Positions 62,405-64,000 of a stretch of 64,000 nt of DNA are shown here, one piece after another. The DNA lies in NCBI GenBank assembly GCA_905178155.1, contig CAJINV010000001.1, positions 7,741,123 to 7,805,122 on the forward strand, read 5' to 3'. The DNA is from Amoebophrya sp. A120. Its lineage: Eukaryota; Protista; Dinoflagellata. Every line of letters starts with the position of its first letter. Positions within the stretch are counted from its first letter, which is position 1. The notes beneath the pieces were generated by a model that was not told where the DNA came from, ran no database searches, and saw only the letters and a list, made by a program, of their open reading frames with translations. The position numbers were made by a program, and so were the translations under genes.

Positions 62405-64000
62405 CTATCTGTTCACTGAATGAACCATGATGATGCTCAGCCTGTTGCCAAGCGACTGCGCTGGAGACCTCTCTCCACTGTCGTGTTCAGTAAACTGTGC
62501 CAAGCCCCTGCTGCCATCGGGGGCCCAGGGTGGCGCGTTCGCGTTTAGGACTTGAGCGCTACTGCTTGCGGTTTCAGCTCCTCCAACAGCGGAGCTTATT
62601 ATATCGTGGCCATCTACTTCCGTCGTGTTGTAGTAGCCATTAGTTTCGACGTGCGAAGGAATGGATTGGTAGGAATAGGATTCGTCAAAAACTCCTGCTG
62701 CCGACGAGCTCCTCTCGTTGGGAACGCCGTAGTTATCTTGCTCCGCAGCAGATGCGAAGAATTGTGCCCCGACAACTACCTCACTATGTTCGCCCCCGCT
62801 CTGATCATGTTGTTCGAAATTGTTGCCGTGGGGGTCATTTGCCCCTACTGCTAGAGTGAGGCTGCTGCCTTCGATCTCTGGCGTGCTGCTGTTGCAGCTC
62901 CATTCTGCGTGCGCGACACCGTAGTCGTAAGCAGGTTCTTCGTTGCCATACCCAGCAGCAACCTCAAAACCGAGGCTCTCCTCATCCACGGTGGAGCTTG
63001 TCCCTGTGCCGTGCGTGGTACTGTCGTCGCAGGAACTATTGTTCAACGGAAAAAACACAGAGGTCGCAAACGGGTTCGGGCGCCAATCCGACTTCTTCTC
63101 AAGATCGGACGCACAGTTACCCGTCTGCACGTCTTCCGGCAGCTGGAACCCAAACGCCTCCCGCGGCCGTTGGTCGTCGTCCATCTCGCTTGAAAATGCG
63201 GTATGTAGTCTTACTGGCGTCTGCGTCAGCAACTGTCTCTCCAACTCCCGAGCGCGAATCTTGTTTGGAGTGGAAGTTCCAGACACCAGAGACTGCGGGG
63301 CAGAGACAAACACTTGCGAAATGGCCAGCCGCGGCGTCGTGTATTTGTCAAAGAGGTAAGACGCACATACACTCACCTCTTGGTCCGTCCGCCCTACGAC
63401 TTGCACTATCATATCGCCAACCCGCGCTGACTTTTCGGCTCGTCTGCCACTTGACGAACCTGCGCTCTCCTCCTCCTCGTTTATGCTGTTCGTGCAAAAC
63501 ACTTGGTTGTTGGGATAGGGATCGCGGATATTCAACTCGGACAAGTGATATTTCTTCAACAGAGCTGCGCGTTCCGCCCGCACTTCCCCGTAGTCCCTGG
63601 GGTGCAGCGGTACGTTGCGCTCAAATACGGTGTCCCCCTTGCCCTGCAGGCGTTCCTGGAGGTTCTGCTTGTGGCCGCGCGGGGTGATAGTTACATACCG
63701 CCCGTCCGTTATGTTCGAGAACCGCTGCGCAAAGTGCGTCTGCAGCTTCCGCGTGTCGGTCAGCTTCCTGGCCTTCACGATTTTGTTCGGTCTCGCGACC
63801 ATGTAGGCGTACGCGCGGCGGTTGGATATCGCGTAGTACACCTTTTCGTCCTCACTCTGCCTCCCCTCACGGTCATTGGGGTGCTCGGCGACTTGGAGGA
63901 TGTTGCTCTTCAAAATGCACTCCGGGTCCTCGTCGCTGCATGCGAGTAGCTCGGTGATCAGGTTTTGCACTGTGTTCTCCACTGTGCCGTGCCGGGCGTG
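62405..64000 (-). CDS. ParB/Srx-like domain family paralog 4 (5' end beyond window; acidic low-complexity tail)
   Basis: ILKSNILQVAEHP, YYAISNRRAYAY, ERNVPLHPRDY, VVGRTDQEVSVCASYL. Frame is open to the window edge. Confidence 0.8.
   Translation of the reverse strand, partial: HARHGTVENTVQNLITELLACSDEDPECILKSNILQVAEHPNDREGRQSEDEKVYYAISNRRAYAYMVARPNKIVKARKLTDTRKLQTHFAQRFSNITDGRYVTITPRGHKQNLQERLQGKGDTVFERNVPLHPRDYGEVRAERAALLKKYHLSELNIRDPYPNNQVFCTNSINEEEESAGSSSGRRAEKSARVGDMIVQVVGRTDQEVSVCASYLFDKYTTPRLAISQVFVSAPQSLVSGTSTPNKIRARELERQLLTQTPVRLHTAFSSEMDDDQRPREAFGFQLPEDVQTGNCASDLEKKSDWRPNPFATSVFFPLNNSSCDDSTTHGTGTSSTVDEESLGFEVAAGYGNEEPAYDYGVAHAEWSCNSSTPEIEGSSLTLAVGANDPHGNNFEQHDQSGGEHSEVVVGAQFFASAAEQDNYGVPNERSSSAAGVFDESYSYQSIPSHVETNGYYNTTEVDGHDIISSAVGGAETASSSAQVLNANAPPWAPDGSRGLAQFTEHDSGERSPAQSLGNRLSIIMVHSVNR

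Overview
Gene-dense, intron-containing eukaryotic DNA. All 17 supportable protein-coding genes lie on the minus strand. The gene content (EF-hand PPP pseudophosphatase, 'FLQ' coiled-coil secreted protein, polo kinase, flagellar CEP41 and ODF3-like genes), the one-way gene order and the TIR/direct-repeat introns suggest a parasitic dinoflagellate such as Amoebophrya (inference). The main feature is a set of 17 short elements (150-321 bp; one is 529 bp because an 18th copy is nested inside it) inserted into coding exons of 8 genes. Each starts TAT, ends ATA, has terminal inverted repeats of one of six classes and a 5-bp target duplication. In every case, removing the element plus one duplication restores the reading frame, and only one of the 17 can be read as GT-AG. 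These look like introner-type non-canonical introns. Near-identical copies occur in both orientations relative to transcription. All TIR classes share an internal AAATYTGTVWTGC motif, which is also the core of a minisatellite inside a 2.2-kb non-autonomous element with 82-bp TIRs and a 10-bp TSD. The right end holds a tandem array of four diverged genes encoding a ParB/Srx-like domain, a KH-like domain and variable tails. Gene models were assembled by eye, so splice sites and starts are approximate.
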